Assembly: GCA_903908245.1 (NCBI GenBank)
Contig: CAIVRE010000033.1
Coordinates: forward strand, 18,172-82,171
Reading direction: 5' to 3'
Length of the DNA stretch: 64,000 bases
Source: Candidatus Omnitrophota bacterium
Lineage (GTDB): Bacteria; Omnitrophota; Gorgyraeia; Zapsychrales; Fredricksoniimonadaceae
The position numbers and the translations under genes are program-made. The notes under the pieces were generated by a model, which saw nothing but the letters and a program-made list of their open reading frames with translations, made no database searches and was not told the origin of the DNA. Positions 1-13,078 of this stretch are shown piece by piece. Numbering within the stretch: position 1 is the stretch's first letter; the number at the start of each line of letters is the position of its first letter.

Positions 1-1786
1 CATCATGGCCGGTGTTCATGGCCTGCAGCATATCAATAACCTCGGGGCCGCGGCACTCGCCGATGATGATCCGGTCCGGGCGCATACGAAGCGTGTTCAC
101 AAAAAGGTCCCGGATGGTAATGGCCCCCTTGCCTTCCACATTCGAAGAACGCGACTCCAGGCGGGCCCAGTGGCTTTTATTGAGCTTCAGCTCGGCCGCA
201 TCCTCGATCGTGATAATGCGCTCCGTATCCGGGATATATTCGGAAATAATATTAAGCAGCGTTGTTTTTCCAGAACCCGTCCCGCCGGAGACAAGAATGT
301 TCTTGCGCGTCATGACCGCCGCCTGGACAAAATCCGCCATCGGCTGGGAAAGGCTGTGAAAACGGTGGATCAGGTCCTCCGCGGTATAGCGTTCCTGCGC
401 GAACTTCCGGATCGTGATCATGGGCCCGCGCAAGGACAACGGCGGAATGATCGCGTTGATACGCGAACCGTCCGGCAAGCGCGCATCGACCATCGGGACC
501 GATTCATCGATACGACGACCAAGCGGCGCAATAATGCGGTCAATGATCAGCCTTACCTGCTGGTCCGACATGAACTTCCGGTTGGTATGAACGATCTTGC
601 CGCTCTTCTCAACATAGATCTCGTCTTTATTATTGACCATGATATCCGTAACATCAGGGTCCGCCAAAAACTCTTCCAGGGGGCCAAGGCCAAGGGCTTC
701 ATTAACGATCTCCTGGACCAGCCTGGTCCGCTCCTGGTGCGACGAAAGGATCGTGCCGGACTCTTCCGCGATAATATCCGTGATAATGCGCTGTGCCTCT
801 CTCTTGATGATCGCGGCCTGCTCCGGGTCGGCCAGCTGTTCCGGCGTCGCCTTAAGGTTCATCCGGTCGATCAACTTGCCATGAACATGCCTCTTGAGCT
901 GATTGAGCTGATCCTCTTCTTTCTTCGACGCCATTTTCAGCTGATTCACGTTCCCGGCCTGGGTGATGCCGAACTTCTCCCAGAAATTGTCTCCCTTTTT
1001 CTCGTCGGTCGTAACGCGCACACGATAAACTTCGGAGGTCTGAACATAAAGGTTCTGTTGCTCAAGCTGCTCGGCCATTTCGATGAACGACTGAGAAACC
1101 TTGGCACGGGGGCTGTCCATCACGCACGGAATACCGCGATTGAGCGCCACGCCAACCACTTTGCCGTCAGACGGAATACGGGCCAGGATATCCAGGCCCA
1201 GCGCGGCCTTGACCTCCTGCCAGGCAACACCGCCATGGCTTTCCGAACGATTTAAAACAAGTTTCACCATTTTAAGAGGAAAATGCTGGCTTTGCAGGAC
1301 CTCGATCCCCCATTTGAGCTGATAAACCGCCAGGATGTCCGGCGTAGCCACCAGCAAAATAAGGTTGGAAACGTCCAGAACGGAAAGAAGCACATCGGAA
1401 AATGACTTGCCCACATCAACAATAATATAGTCATATTGCTGCGCGAGTTTTTTGAAGAAGATCTTTGTATTATCGGAAGTGACCTGGCCTGCCTGGCGAA
1501 CACTGACAACGGCGGGAATAAAATCAATACCGGAAGAATGCCGGGTCACAAAATTCTTGATAACAGCCGGGTCCTCCGCCTTTTCCAGCTCGGGAAGGGC
1601 GTCAATCACAGACTGCCGCGGGGCGATATTGAGCATCCTGGCCATATCCTGGCCTGACTGAAAGTCAAAATCCACCAGGAGGACCTTGTGGCCGGCCATC
1701 ACCAAAGCAGTGGCCGTATTCACACACGTAAATGTTTTGCCAACGCCGCCTTTATTGCTAAAAACTGTGATTATACGGGAATTCAT
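1..1786 (-). CDS. cpaF: CpaE/TadZ (MinD/ParA-like ATPase) fused to CpaF/TadA pilus assembly ATPase; runs off the window start
   Basis: Manual translation from ATG at 1786 gives MNSRIITVFSNKGGVGKT...VLLVDFD...YDYIIVDVG (CpaE-like). It continues in frame through LKRHVHGKLIDRM...GLGPLEEFLADPDVTDIMVN to LRMRPDRIIIGECRGPEVIDMLQAMNTGHD (CpaF). Absent from the ORF track, consistent with no stop inside the window. Confidence 0.9.
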   Translation of the reverse strand, partial: MNSRIITVFSNKGGVGKTFTCVNTATALVMAGHKVLLVDFDFQSGQDMARMLNIAPRQSVIDALPELEKAEDPAVIKNFVTRHSSGIDFIPAVVSVRQAGQVTSDNTKIFFKKLAQQYDYIIVDVGKSFSDVLLSVLDVSNLILLVATPDILAVYQLKWGIEVLQSQHFPLKMVKLVLNRSESHGGVAWQEVKAALGLDILARIPSDGKVVGVALNRGIPCVMDSPRAKVSQSFIEMAEQLEQQNLYVQTSEVYRVRVTTDEKKGDNFWEKFGITQAGNVNQLKMASKKEEDQLNQLKRHVHGKLIDRMNLKATPEQLADPEQAAIIKREAQRIITDIIAEESGTILSSHQERTRLVQEIVNEALGLGPLEEFLADPDVTDIMVNNKDEIYVEKSGKIVHTNRKFMSDQQVRLIIDRIIAPLGRRIDESVPMVDARLPDGSRINAIIPPLSLRGPMITIRKFAQERYTAEDLIHRFHSLSQPMADFVQAAVMTRKNILVSGGTGSGKTTLLNIISEYIPDTERIITIEDAAELKLNKSHWARLESRSSNVEGKGAITIRDLFVNTLRMRPDRIIIGECRGPEVIDMLQAMNTGHD

Positions 1787-1805
1787 GCTCTCTTATCTAT
1801 CATAG

Positions 1806-3461
1806 TTACTTGCGTTTGGCAACATTTTTCAGGAACGCCTCCAGGCTGTAAACAATAGGAAGCGTTACGGTTATCTCATCTTTCTTGATACTGGCCGGAA
1901 AAGCGCTGTAGGGCGCGAGGGTCTGGGCTGTATTGACAGCATCCTGGTCAAACACATCATACCCCGAACTTTCTTTAACAAACACATCCCGCAGGCTTCC
2001 ATCCTTGCGGATGACCAGCGCAAGCCTCACTGTGCCCTGCCAGCGATTTTCCTGCGCTTCATAAGGATAAGCAATGGACGAAGAGACCTTCTGCTGCACC
2101 AGCTCGGCATACGGCTTAAGGTCCGGCGATATGGTCACCGGAACATTCGCCGCGTTCTTCACAATAACGGGCAGCCGCACATCGTTGCGGCCGGCCGCCA
2201 GCTGGATCTGTTCGTCCGTATTGACCCTGGTCCTGAAATTATTCCTGACAACCGGCGCCGGGACCGGGAGCGGAGCAGGCTCTTCCGCCTTCTTGACGCT
2301 CTTAAGGATCGTGGGCGTGATCGAAATGACCACTTCCGTTTCTCCATTCCCCGTCGGAAGCGATGTATTGCGGAACAAGGCGCCGATCAACGGGATCTTG
2401 CTTATGAACGGAACCCGTTTAACGACCACATCCGAACGTTTTTTGATCATCCCCGCGAGCACGATCGTCTGCTTGTCATTCAAATAAAGCTGGGTCTGTG
2501 CCGTACGCGTAATGAACGCCACGTCACCATTCGAAGAGTTGGCACCATCAATGTCGCTGATCTCGACGTTCAATAAAAGGTCCACTTTCCCGTCTTTAAT
2601 GGTCGGAGTGGCCCCCATGCTGACGCCGTAAGATTTGAATGTCGTCTGGCCCGTCGTACCCGTCGTTGTCGTTACCGTGGTCTTGATCGGGACCTCCCCG
2701 CCAACGAGGAACGTCGCTTCTTTGCCGCTTTTGACGACCAGGCGCGGCTTGGACAGGATCTGCCCCTTCCCTTCCTGGATCAGGGCGTTGACCTTCGCCA
2801 GCAATTCGGGAGACCGGTTGAAATCCCCGATCTTAAAAAGGTCTTTGGTTTTTCCCGTTTGCGGAGGCATGGTCTCCGTGAACGAGATCGTATCGTTCCA
2901 TGCAATGCCCAATTCTTTGCTTAAGGTCGTGGAGAGCTCAGTGATCTGCATATCCAGCTGGATCATATCCTGGATCTCTTCTTTTTTCACAAGATTCAGG
3001 ACACTGCCCTGGAACAGGTCCGCGACCGAATTCACCGCCGGCAATTTGTCTTCCGGAACGGTCCCGGACAGCATCACCTTGCCTTCCGGGTCATTCTGCT
3101 CAACAATGACCCCGGTCACATTGGAACTGGCCAGGATCGTCTGGACCCTGGATTTGATAAGCCCCAGATCTTCCGCCAGGACACGGACAATGAACGAACG
3201 CTTGCCGCTCTCATCCCAAAGAAAGACCACCGTCTGTCCGGGCTGCTGTCCAACAATAACAACCTGGCCCGGCTTGGCATCGGAGATATCCACAATATTC
3301 GGATCCGTGACCGAAACCCGCTGCAATTCTTTGGCCGGGATCGTATACACATCGCCCTTGAGCATCTGCACCTCTTCAAAGACCCCAGATTCCGCCGATG
3401 CGCGGGGAACGGGGACCATCATCAAACAGATGGCCAGCAACAGACAAAGGCTTTTCTTCAT
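1806..3461 (-). CDS. cpaC: Tad pilus secretin CpaC/RcpA with C-terminal TonB_C-like domain
   Basis: Signal peptide (MKKSLCLLLA...ASA), N-terminal pilus-formation domain, secretin motifs (ILSKPRLVVKSGKEATFLVGGEVP; VPFISKIPLIGALFR; TEVVISITP), then YPYEAQENRWQGTVRLALVIRKDGSL...SSGYDVFDQDA. Start placed at 3461 (GAGAG upstream); the ORF track starts at 3488. Confidence 0.88.
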   Translation of the reverse strand: MKKSLCLLLAICLMMVPVPRASAESGVFEEVQMLKGDVYTIPAKELQRVSVTDPNIVDISDAKPGQVVIVGQQPGQTVVFLWDESGKRSFIVRVLAEDLGLIKSRVQTILASSNVTGVIVEQNDPEGKVMLSGTVPEDKLPAVNSVADLFQGSVLNLVKKEEIQDMIQLDMQITELSTTLSKELGIAWNDTISFTETMPPQTGKTKDLFKIGDFNRSPELLAKVNALIQEGKGQILSKPRLVVKSGKEATFLVGGEVPIKTTVTTTTGTTGQTTFKSYGVSMGATPTIKDGKVDLLLNVEISDIDGANSSNGDVAFITRTAQTQLYLNDKQTIVLAGMIKKRSDVVVKRVPFISKIPLIGALFRNTSLPTGNGETEVVISITPTILKSVKKAEEPAPLPVPAPVVRNNFRTRVNTDEQIQLAAGRNDVRLPVIVKNAANVPVTISPDLKPYAELVQQKVSSSIAYPYEAQENRWQGTVRLALVIRKDGSLRDVFVKESSGYDVFDQDAVNTAQTLAPYSAFPASIKKDEITVTLPIVYSLEAFLKNVAKRK

Positions 3462-3491
3462 AGCTCTCACCATTCTGTTAATGTGCATCGA

Positions 3492-4358
3492 TCAAAGTTC
3501 CTTTCCCCCGCGGAAGATCTGGATATAAGGCTTTGTCTCCTGAACATTCTCGGTCTCGACCTTAAGCTCGGGTTTTTTACCACCCTCTTCCCCATTATCC
3601 GACAGCTTGATATCCGCGCCGCTGTTTTCCAGCACATATTCCCCCAGAGTCGACCAGTTCGCCGCAGGGATCATGGTGCGCCCTTTTTCCATCGGCGTAC
3701 GCAGCGCCAATTCAAGATTTCCATTCTGCTCGGCAAACGCCAGCAGCCCCGCTTCCTGAGGATCAACCGCAAAGGTCACCTTCAGGTCCTTTTCGCCTTG
3801 CTGCGCATCATACGCCCCGGGCTCATCAATGTTCGTATTGATCGCCAGGACCTGCAGATTCTGAAAGATCATGGCGGTCACTTTTTCCTTGGGATTCAGC
3901 TTCTTGCCTGTGGGCATATCCAGATGCGCGATCACATCCACAAAATCTCCGGGATTCAGCAATCCGCCGACCGCGCCCAGCGACTTAAGCTCCACCGTGA
4001 TCGCGCGCTTGCCTGACGGCGTCCGCAGTGCAAGCGACGGCTTTTTTTTCACCACCGCAGCTGCCGCCGCCCCGGTATCTCCCTTTTGAGCAACAGCCGC
4101 CCTGGCGGCGTCCTCCGCGGCTTTCGAGGCGCTCGCCTGGACCTCGGCGATCTTCTGGTTCAAAAGGGCAAGATCCTGCTCATACTGGACCTTGTTCGTT
4201 GCCTGGGCCTTTTCATACTGGATCGCCAGCTTGCCCGTTTCCTCGTTGACCTTCGAAGAAACATAACTTCCAACAAGGGCTGACGCAATGATCCCTGCCG
4301 CAACCGCAAAAACAATGACAATGATCTGTTTTTTATTTTCCAGATTCGGCAATGCCAT
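3492..4358 (-). CDS. cpaB: Flp pilus assembly protein CpaB/RcpC
   Basis: N-terminal TM, coiled coil, GKRAITVEL...AVGGLLNPGDFVDVI...QNLQVLAI...VTFAVDPQEAGLLAFAEQNGNLELALR; Tad context. Confidence 0.9.
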   Translation of the reverse strand: MALPNLENKKQIIVIVFAVAAGIIASALVGSYVSSKVNEETGKLAIQYEKAQATNKVQYEQDLALLNQKIAEVQASASKAAEDAARAAVAQKGDTGAAAAAVVKKKPSLALRTPSGKRAITVELKSLGAVGGLLNPGDFVDVIAHLDMPTGKKLNPKEKVTAMIFQNLQVLAINTNIDEPGAYDAQQGEKDLKVTFAVDPQEAGLLAFAEQNGNLELALRTPMEKGRTMIPAANWSTLGEYVLENSGADIKLSDNGEEGGKKPELKVETENVQETKPYIQIFRGGKEL

Positions 4359-4360
4359 AA

Positions 4361-5341
4361 TTATTCTCCGGTTTTTGCATTCAACAGATCAACATTCACG
4401 TTGACCTTGACCTTCTTGGCCACTTCGGCCATTTTATCCAGCACCGCTTTCTGCTGTTTCTGGGAGGTCAACCCTTTGACAAGGTCCGCCTTGACCGTCT
4501 CAAACGCCACCTTGTCACCGCCACGGACATCATCCACTTTCACAATATAATATCCCTCCGGCCCCTGGAAAACAGCCGACACGTTCCCTTTGGTCAGGGC
4601 CTCGACCGCCTTGCCCTGCTGCTCAAAAACAGGCTTGGGCAGGAACCCGAGGTCTCCGCCACTGGCCGCCGTTTTACCCTTGGAGCGCTCCTTGGCCGTC
4701 TGCGCAAAATCCGCGTTCTGCAAGAGCAGCACAAGAATATCCTTCGCCTCTGTTTCCGTCGGAACAACGATCTCGCTGATCTTTTTTTCCACCGGATTGA
4801 TGAACACGTCCGGATTCTTGTCGAAATATTCCTTGGCCTCGGCTTCCGTCGCGGTAATATCCTTCGTCAGGCCCGCCACCAGTTCCTGGACCAGGATGTT
4901 GTTCTCAAAATCTTTCATGGCCACGCGGACTTCTTTGGATTCATCGAGCTTCTGCTCACGGGCCTCATAGACCATCAACTGCTGACGGATAAGTTCATCG
5001 ATCAGCATATTCCTTGATTCCGCCTTCTTTTCATCAAAATTCGGAACAACCTGCTTGATGTTCTTCACTCTCTCGTCAAATTCCGCGACCGTCAGGGTCC
5101 AGTCTCCGACCTTGGCCAGAATGTCCTTTGGCAGCTTTTCTTCCGCAACCGCCGCGGGCGTTACCGGAGCGACGGGCGCAACAGGCGCGGCAGGAGCCTC
5201 TTTTGCAACCACGACAGGAGCGCTGACAGGTTTAACGGCAACAGGTTTTTTAGCTTTAGGAAAAAGACTGTCGCATCCAACCAGGCATAAAACAGCAAAA
5301 ATTGTAAATAAGACAAACTCTTTTCTTGTGCGAACAACCAT
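4361..5341 (-). CDS. Parvulin-type peptidyl-prolyl isomerase lipoprotein (PrsA/SurA-like)
   Basis: Lipobox-like LVGC, SurA-N-like helices, DFAQTAKERS...SGGDLGF...GNVSAVFQGPEGYYIVKV. Confidence 0.85.
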   Translation of the reverse strand: MVVRTRKEFVLFTIFAVLCLVGCDSLFPKAKKPVAVKPVSAPVVVAKEAPAAPVAPVAPVTPAAVAEEKLPKDILAKVGDWTLTVAEFDERVKNIKQVVPNFDEKKAESRNMLIDELIRQQLMVYEAREQKLDESKEVRVAMKDFENNILVQELVAGLTKDITATEAEAKEYFDKNPDVFINPVEKKISEIVVPTETEAKDILVLLLQNADFAQTAKERSKGKTAASGGDLGFLPKPVFEQQGKAVEALTKGNVSAVFQGPEGYYIVKVDDVRGGDKVAFETVKADLVKGLTSQKQQKAVLDKMAEVAKKVKVNVNVDLLNAKTGE

Positions 5342-5443
5342 GGTGTCCCTCCGGGTTTAATGAAGCTTCAACTCTATAGACTTTATAAATTATACACGTT
5401 TTTTGTTAAAAAAGACTTTTTTACAAAAAAACTTAACAGGTCC

Positions 5444-6421
5444 TTAACTTTTAATAAGCCCTTTAACTTGCTCGCGCTCTTCGCTCAATTCCCGTAATGT
5501 AAGCGCGATCTTTTCTTTTGAAAAACTGTCCATCTTCAGGCCCTGGACCACCTGCCAGTCGCGACCGCTGGACCGCACCGGGAACCCGAACACCAGCCCC
5601 GCGGAAATATCGTAACTGCCGTCAGAGACCACTGCAACCGAAAAAAATTCTCCGTCGCGGGTTGGCGTGTTCAATGCCCGGACCGTCTCAATGACGGCAT
5701 TGGCCGCGGACGCCGCAGAGGATAATCCCCTCACTTTAATGATCTCGGCCCCGCGCTTTTGGACCGTTTCAATGAACCCGGTCTTAAGCCAAAGCCCGTC
5801 CGTGATAACCTCATTCGCCGGAAGGCCATTAATGCGCGCATTCAAAAAATCAGGGAACTGCGTCGCCGAATGATTGCCCCATATCCCCACACGGCTCACC
5901 GCGCTGTAATCCGTCCCCGCCTTCATCGCCAGCTGGGCTTTGGCCCGATTCTGGTCCAGCATGGTCATGGCAAAAAAATTGCGGGGATTTAAAGCCGGCG
6001 CGCACTCCTTGGCAATGAACGCGTTCGTATTGCAGGGATTGCCGACCACCAGCACCCGGCAGTCTTTTTTCGCAACCTTTGCAAGGGCGTTCCCTTGAGC
6101 CACAAAAACCCCGGCATTGACCTTCAAAAGGTCCGCACGCTCCATTCCCGCCTTGCGGGGAACACTGCCGATGAGCAGGGCCCAGTCGATATCCGTGAAC
6201 GCGTCCAGGGGATCCGTCGATGCCGATACTTTCCTTAACAAAGGGAACGCGCAGTCCTCCAGCTCCATCACGACCCCTCTGAGCGCTCCCATCGCAGGCT
6301 CCAGCTCCAGCAGGCTTAGCTCCACCGGCGTATCACGCCCGAACATCTCTCCCGACGCAATACGGAACAAAAGCGCATAACCGATCTGCCCTGCCGCGCC
6401 CGTCACAGCAACTTTTATCAT
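5444..6421 (-). CDS. mdh: Malate dehydrogenase (dimeric type)
   Basis: [58 protein letters not shown]. Start at ATG 6421; the longer ORF-track start overlaps the upstream gene. Confidence 0.95.
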   Translation of the reverse strand: MIKVAVTGAAGQIGYALLFRIASGEMFGRDTPVELSLLELEPAMGALRGVVMELEDCAFPLLRKVSASTDPLDAFTDIDWALLIGSVPRKAGMERADLLKVNAGVFVAQGNALAKVAKKDCRVLVVGNPCNTNAFIAKECAPALNPRNFFAMTMLDQNRAKAQLAMKAGTDYSAVSRVGIWGNHSATQFPDFLNARINGLPANEVITDGLWLKTGFIETVQKRGAEIIKVRGLSSAASAANAVIETVRALNTPTRDGEFFSVAVVSDGSYDISAGLVFGFPVRSSGRDWQVVQGLKMDSFSKEKIALTLRELSEEREQVKGLIKS

Positions 6422-6473
6422 AAAGGGATCCTTCCGGATATATTTTAATTCTTTCCAAATTGTTATTAAATAA

Positions 6474-7280
6474 CTAATTAAGCTTTTTATATCCGGGGAA
6501 CATCCGGCGAAAACGCGCAGGCGCTCGATGATCAAGCCCGGCATAAAGGATCTCTTCTTTGTCATTGGAGGCCTGCGCAAGAATGCGGCCCCATGGGTCA
6601 ACGATCAGGCTCTGCCCCCAGCTTTGCGTCCCGTCGGAATTAATGCCAGCCTGCGCCGGTGCCAGCACATAACTGAAGGTCTCGACCGCCCGGGCGCGCA
6701 CCAGAAGCTCCCAATGCGCCTTGCCGGTCGTATATGCAAAAGAGGCCGGAACGGTAAAAAGGTTCGCTCCGCGCCGGGCATAATGATCGTAAATCCCGGG
6801 GAAACGCACATCAAAACACAACGACATCCCCAGCGTAAAATCTTCAACAATGGCCATGGCCGTATGAATGCCGGGGTTAAAAATATCGGCCTCGCGTATT
6901 TCACCTGGCCCCAGGCGGATATGAAAAAGGTTGTTCTTCCGGTAAGTCGCCTTGACTTTTCCATCCGGCCCAAGCAGAACGGACGTGTTATACGCCCGGC
7001 CTTTGGTGCGGGTTTTCTCGTAGATCGATCCCAAAAGAATATGCGCTTTGGCTTTGCGGCCAAGCGCGGCAAACGCGCTTACCGTCGGACCATTCACCGG
7101 TTCAACGACCTGCTCCACGCTTGCTTTTGTCTTCAGTGGCCCTCGAAAATAAAAATACTCCGGCAAACAAACGAACCGGGCCTTGTTCTCCAAGGCTTTA
7201 CGTGTGAAATACAGGGCCTTGTTGATATTATTTTCTTTATCCGGCCCGCTGCTCATCTGAATAACAGCGACTTTCATCAT
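6474..7280 (-). CDS. Carbon-nitrogen hydrolase (Nit1/YbeM-like amidase)
   Basis: Glu-Lys-Cys triad motifs [20 protein letters not shown]; [16 protein letters not shown]; IVDPWG. Confidence 0.9.
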   Translation of the reverse strand: MMKVAVIQMSSGPDKENNINKALYFTRKALENKARFVCLPEYFYFRGPLKTKASVEQVVEPVNGPTVSAFAALGRKAKAHILLGSIYEKTRTKGRAYNTSVLLGPDGKVKATYRKNNLFHIRLGPGEIREADIFNPGIHTAMAIVEDFTLGMSLCFDVRFPGIYDHYARRGANLFTVPASFAYTTGKAHWELLVRARAVETFSYVLAPAQAGINSDGTQSWGQSLIVDPWGRILAQASNDKEEILYAGLDHRAPARFRRMFPGYKKLN

Positions 7281-7356
7281 TTTCCCTCCCCTTCATTAAT
7301 TCTTCTTGACGGAGCGGTTCGAAAAAATATAATAGTGACACTTTAAAGCCAATTTC

Positions 7357-7430
7357 GACCTCATCGTCTAGTCTGGTCAGGACGCGAGCTTTTCAAGCTT
7401 GCAACGCGGGTTCAAATCCCGCTGAGGTCG
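7357..7430 (+). tRNA. tRNA-Glu (TTC)
   Basis: Acceptor GACCTCA/TGAGGTC, anticodon arm CGAGC-TT TTC AA-GCTTG, T-arm GCGGG-TTCAAAT-CCCGC. Confidence 0.95.
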
Positions 7431-7457
7431 CTATATTTTTCCCCAAACTAACCCGCA

Positions 7458-7585
7458 GATTTGAACCCGCGTAACTAAATGCACTAAGTGTTCTAATGGC
7501 TGCTTCCATAAGATTATTCCAGACAAGCAGCCATTCCACGAGACTGCTATCTTACATTGGGCGAGTGAAATCCCGCTGAGGTCGC
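7458..7585. repeat. tRNA-Glu-linked element: inverted T-arm copy ... direct copy of tRNA 3' end
   Basis: GATTTGAACCCGCGT (7458-7472) is the reverse complement of tRNA ACGCGGGTTCAAATC. AAATCCCGCTGAGGTCGC (7568-7585) repeats the tRNA 3' end. Internal hairpin AATGGCTGCTT/AAGCAGCCATT. Confidence 0.8.
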
Positions 7586-7592
7586 CATATAT

Positions 7593-7623
7593 AAAAAGAC
7601 CCGGAATATGCTCCGGGTTTTTT
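7593..7623 (+). terminator. Intrinsic terminator (possibly bidirectional, facing gyrA)
   Basis: AAAAGACCCGGA-atatgc-TCCGGGTTTTTT. Confidence 0.75.
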
Positions 7624-7796
7624 ATTATAAAAAAATCTCCTCAATTAAACCGTCTGAAAGAATTACATAGTTCGCCCTCGTCCTCCTTGCAGCGAGAGCG
7701 AGCCTGACGCCCGAGCGAAGGTCGGCCACGGCGGTCCGACCGAGCGTTCGGCAAAGGAACAATGACAGTCTTTAATAAAAGAATAGCCCTGAAACT

Positions 7797-10268
7797 TTAG
7801 GCCTCTTCCCCGCCCTCGTCCTCATCCTTCGCGATAACATTCGCGATCGACGACACCGTATCGTTCGCTTCCAGCGAAACAAGCCTGACGCCCATAGCGC
7901 TGCGGCCCGTTAAACGCACATCCTTTGGCATACAGCGGATAATAGCGCCCTGCTTGGTGACGGTCATGATCTCGTCATCTTCATGAACGGTCAAAACCCC
8001 AATAACCACGCCGTTCTTGTCGGCGCACTTGAAGTTAATGATCCCTTTGCCACCGCGCGACTGAATACGGTAATCCTCAAAATTCGACCGCTTCGCAAAA
8101 CCAAGAGATGAACATGTCAACAGCGTGTTCCCGGTCTTGCCAACATCCGGCGGGAATACGATCATCCCGACCACAATGTCATTTTTGGCCAAATTGATCC
8201 CGCGCACACCCATGGCCGAACGGCCGGTATCACGGATCTGGTCATCCAGGAACCGCAGGGACTGTCCCAGTTTCGTCGCCAGAAGGACATTCTGCTTCCC
8301 CTCAATGAGCGACACTCCGATCAGGTCGTCCCCTTTTTCCAGTGTGATCCCGATGATCCCGCCCTTGCGCGGATTACTGTAAGCCGACAACCGGGTCTTT
8401 TTAATGGTCCCCTTGGCTGTCGCCATGATAAGCGACTGTTCATCATTGAACTCCTTGACCGCAACAACCGCCCGGATGCTCTCGTCATTCGCGAACGACA
8501 ACAGGTTCACAATGGCCTTGCCCTTGGCCTGCCGCGAGGCAACAGGGATCTCGTAGACTTTAAGCCAGCGGACCATCCCCTTGTTGGAAAAGATCAGCAA
8601 ATAATCTTTGGACGAAGCCACAAAGAGGCGCTCCACAAAATCCTCTTCCTTGGTGGTCATGCCCATCACTCCCTTGCCGCCGCGCTTCTGTTTGCGGTAA
8701 GCATGCACCGGCGTACGTTTGATATAGCCGGTATTGGTGATCGTGATGGCCATGTCCTCGTCGGCGATCAGATCTTCCATCTCGATGTCTTCGGCCTTGC
8801 CGGCGATCTCGGTACGGCGCTCATCGCCGAATTTCAACCTCAGGTCCGCCAGCTCTTTTTTAATGATCGTATCCACTCTTTTCGGATCAGCCAGGATAGC
8901 GCGGTATTCATCGATCGCCTTAAGAAGGCCTTCATACTCCTCCTCGATCTTGTCGCGCTCGAGGCCTGTAAGCTTCTGCAGCTGCATTTCAAGGATAGCC
9001 TGCGCCTGGATCTCTGTCAGGCCGAACTTCTTGATCAGCGCCGTCTTCGCCTCGGGGGTTGACGGCGACTTGCGGATGACCGCAATGATCTCTTCAATAT
9101 TCTTAAGCGCAATGCGCAGCCCTTCGAGGATATGCGCACGGCGAAGAGCTTTGTCCAGGTCGAACTGCGTGCGGCGCCGCACCACGATACGCCGATGCTC
9201 GATATAATGCGCCATCAGTTGCTTTAAATTCAATACGCGCGGATTATTATTCACCAGTGCAAGATTAATAATGCCGAACGTGGTTTCCAGCTGTGTGTGT
9301 TTGAACAGATAATTCAGGACGATCTGCGCCTCAACATCCCGGCGCAATTCAATAACAACGCGAATACCGTCCTTGTCGGACTCGTCACGAATATCCGTAA
9401 TGCCGTCCACGCTCTTGTTCTGTACCAGGTCCGCAATATTCGCGACCAGATTGGCTTTATTGACCTGATACGGAAGCTCGGTAATAATGATGAAATCTTT
9501 GCCGTTCTTCTGCTGCTCAATGGCCGCACGTGCACGCAGGATGATCTTGCCGCGGCCGGTCGTATACGCGTCCTTGATCCCTTCCCGCCCGCAGATAATG
9601 CCCGCCGTCGGAAAATCCGGCCCTTTAACGAATTTGGTCAATTCCTTGATCTCACAGTCCGGATTTTCGATCAAATGAACGATCCCGTCCACGATCTCGT
9701 TCAAATTGTGCGGCGCCATGTTCGTCGCCATCCCGACCGCGATGCCGCTCGACCCGTTCACCAGCAGATTGGGCAATATCGCCGGCAGGATCACCGGTTC
9801 TTCCAGGGTGGAATCAAAATTCGGGGAATACTCCACGGTCCCTTTATCAATATCCGCGAGCACCGCTTCCGAAACGGCCGCCATCCTCGCCTCGGTATAA
9901 CGCATCGCCGCGGCTGAATCGCCGTCAATAGAGCCGAAGTTGCCCTGTCCGTCGATCAAAGGATACCGCAGCGAGAACTCCTGGACCATGCGCACCATCG
10001 TGTCATACACGGCAGAATCGCCGTGGGGATGATATTTACCCAACACTTCACCGACGATACGCGCGCTTTTCTTGTATGGCTTGCTGTGCTCGAGATGAAG
10101 CTCTTTCATCGCATAAAGGATGCGGCGGTGAACGGGCTTGAGCCCGTCGCGCACATCCGGCAGCGCGCGCCCGACAATAACGCTCATCGAGTACGCAAGA
10201 TAGGAACGCTTCATTTCCTCTTCAATAGGGACCGGAACGATCCGTTCTTTTTTTGTAAAATCTTTCAT
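7797..10268 (-). CDS. gyrA: DNA gyrase subunit A
   Basis: [36 protein letters not shown], GyrA-box QKRGGKG, C-terminal pinwheel repeats. Confidence 0.98.
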   Translation of the reverse strand: MKDFTKKERIVPVPIEEEMKRSYLAYSMSVIVGRALPDVRDGLKPVHRRILYAMKELHLEHSKPYKKSARIVGEVLGKYHPHGDSAVYDTMVRMVQEFSLRYPLIDGQGNFGSIDGDSAAAMRYTEARMAAVSEAVLADIDKGTVEYSPNFDSTLEEPVILPAILPNLLVNGSSGIAVGMATNMAPHNLNEIVDGIVHLIENPDCEIKELTKFVKGPDFPTAGIICGREGIKDAYTTGRGKIILRARAAIEQQKNGKDFIIITELPYQVNKANLVANIADLVQNKSVDGITDIRDESDKDGIRVVIELRRDVEAQIVLNYLFKHTQLETTFGIINLALVNNNPRVLNLKQLMAHYIEHRRIVVRRRTQFDLDKALRRAHILEGLRIALKNIEEIIAVIRKSPSTPEAKTALIKKFGLTEIQAQAILEMQLQKLTGLERDKIEEEYEGLLKAIDEYRAILADPKRVDTIIKKELADLRLKFGDERRTEIAGKAEDIEMEDLIADEDMAITITNTGYIKRTPVHAYRKQKRGGKGVMGMTTKEEDFVERLFVASSKDYLLIFSNKGMVRWLKVYEIPVASRQAKGKAIVNLLSFANDESIRAVVAVKEFNDEQSLIMATAKGTIKKTRLSAYSNPRKGGIIGITLEKGDDLIGVSLIEGKQNVLLATKLGQSLRFLDDQIRDTGRSAMGVRGINLAKNDIVVGMIVFPPDVGKTGNTLLTCSSLGFAKRSNFEDYRIQSRGGKGIINFKCADKNGVVIGVLTVHEDDEIMTVTKQGAIIRCMPKDVRLTGRSAMGVRLVSLEANDTVSSIANVIAKDEDEGGEEA

Positions 10269-10295
10269 GTTAATTCTTCCTTATTATTATCGGCT

Positions 10296-10349
10296 CGGGA
10301 CACATAGAATTTTCACCAACGTTTACGCTGGAAAATTCAATATGTCCCG
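10296..10349. repeat. Intergenic imperfect inverted repeat (GGGACA...TGTCCC type)
   Basis: CGGGACACATAGAATTTTC...GAAAATTCAATATGTCCCG between gyrB and gyrA. Confidence 0.55.
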
Positions 10350-10357
10350 CGCACTGC

Positions 10358-13074
<2,717 letters not shown>

Positions 13075-13078
13075 GCGA

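Noticed and set aside
5-1255. 416-aa plus-strand ORF
   Set aside because: In-register antisense shadow of the CpaE-CpaF gene, with no recognisable motifs.
6422-6601. N-terminal extension of Mdh in the ORF track
   Set aside because: It overlaps the nitrilase gene; homology begins at MIKVAVTG.
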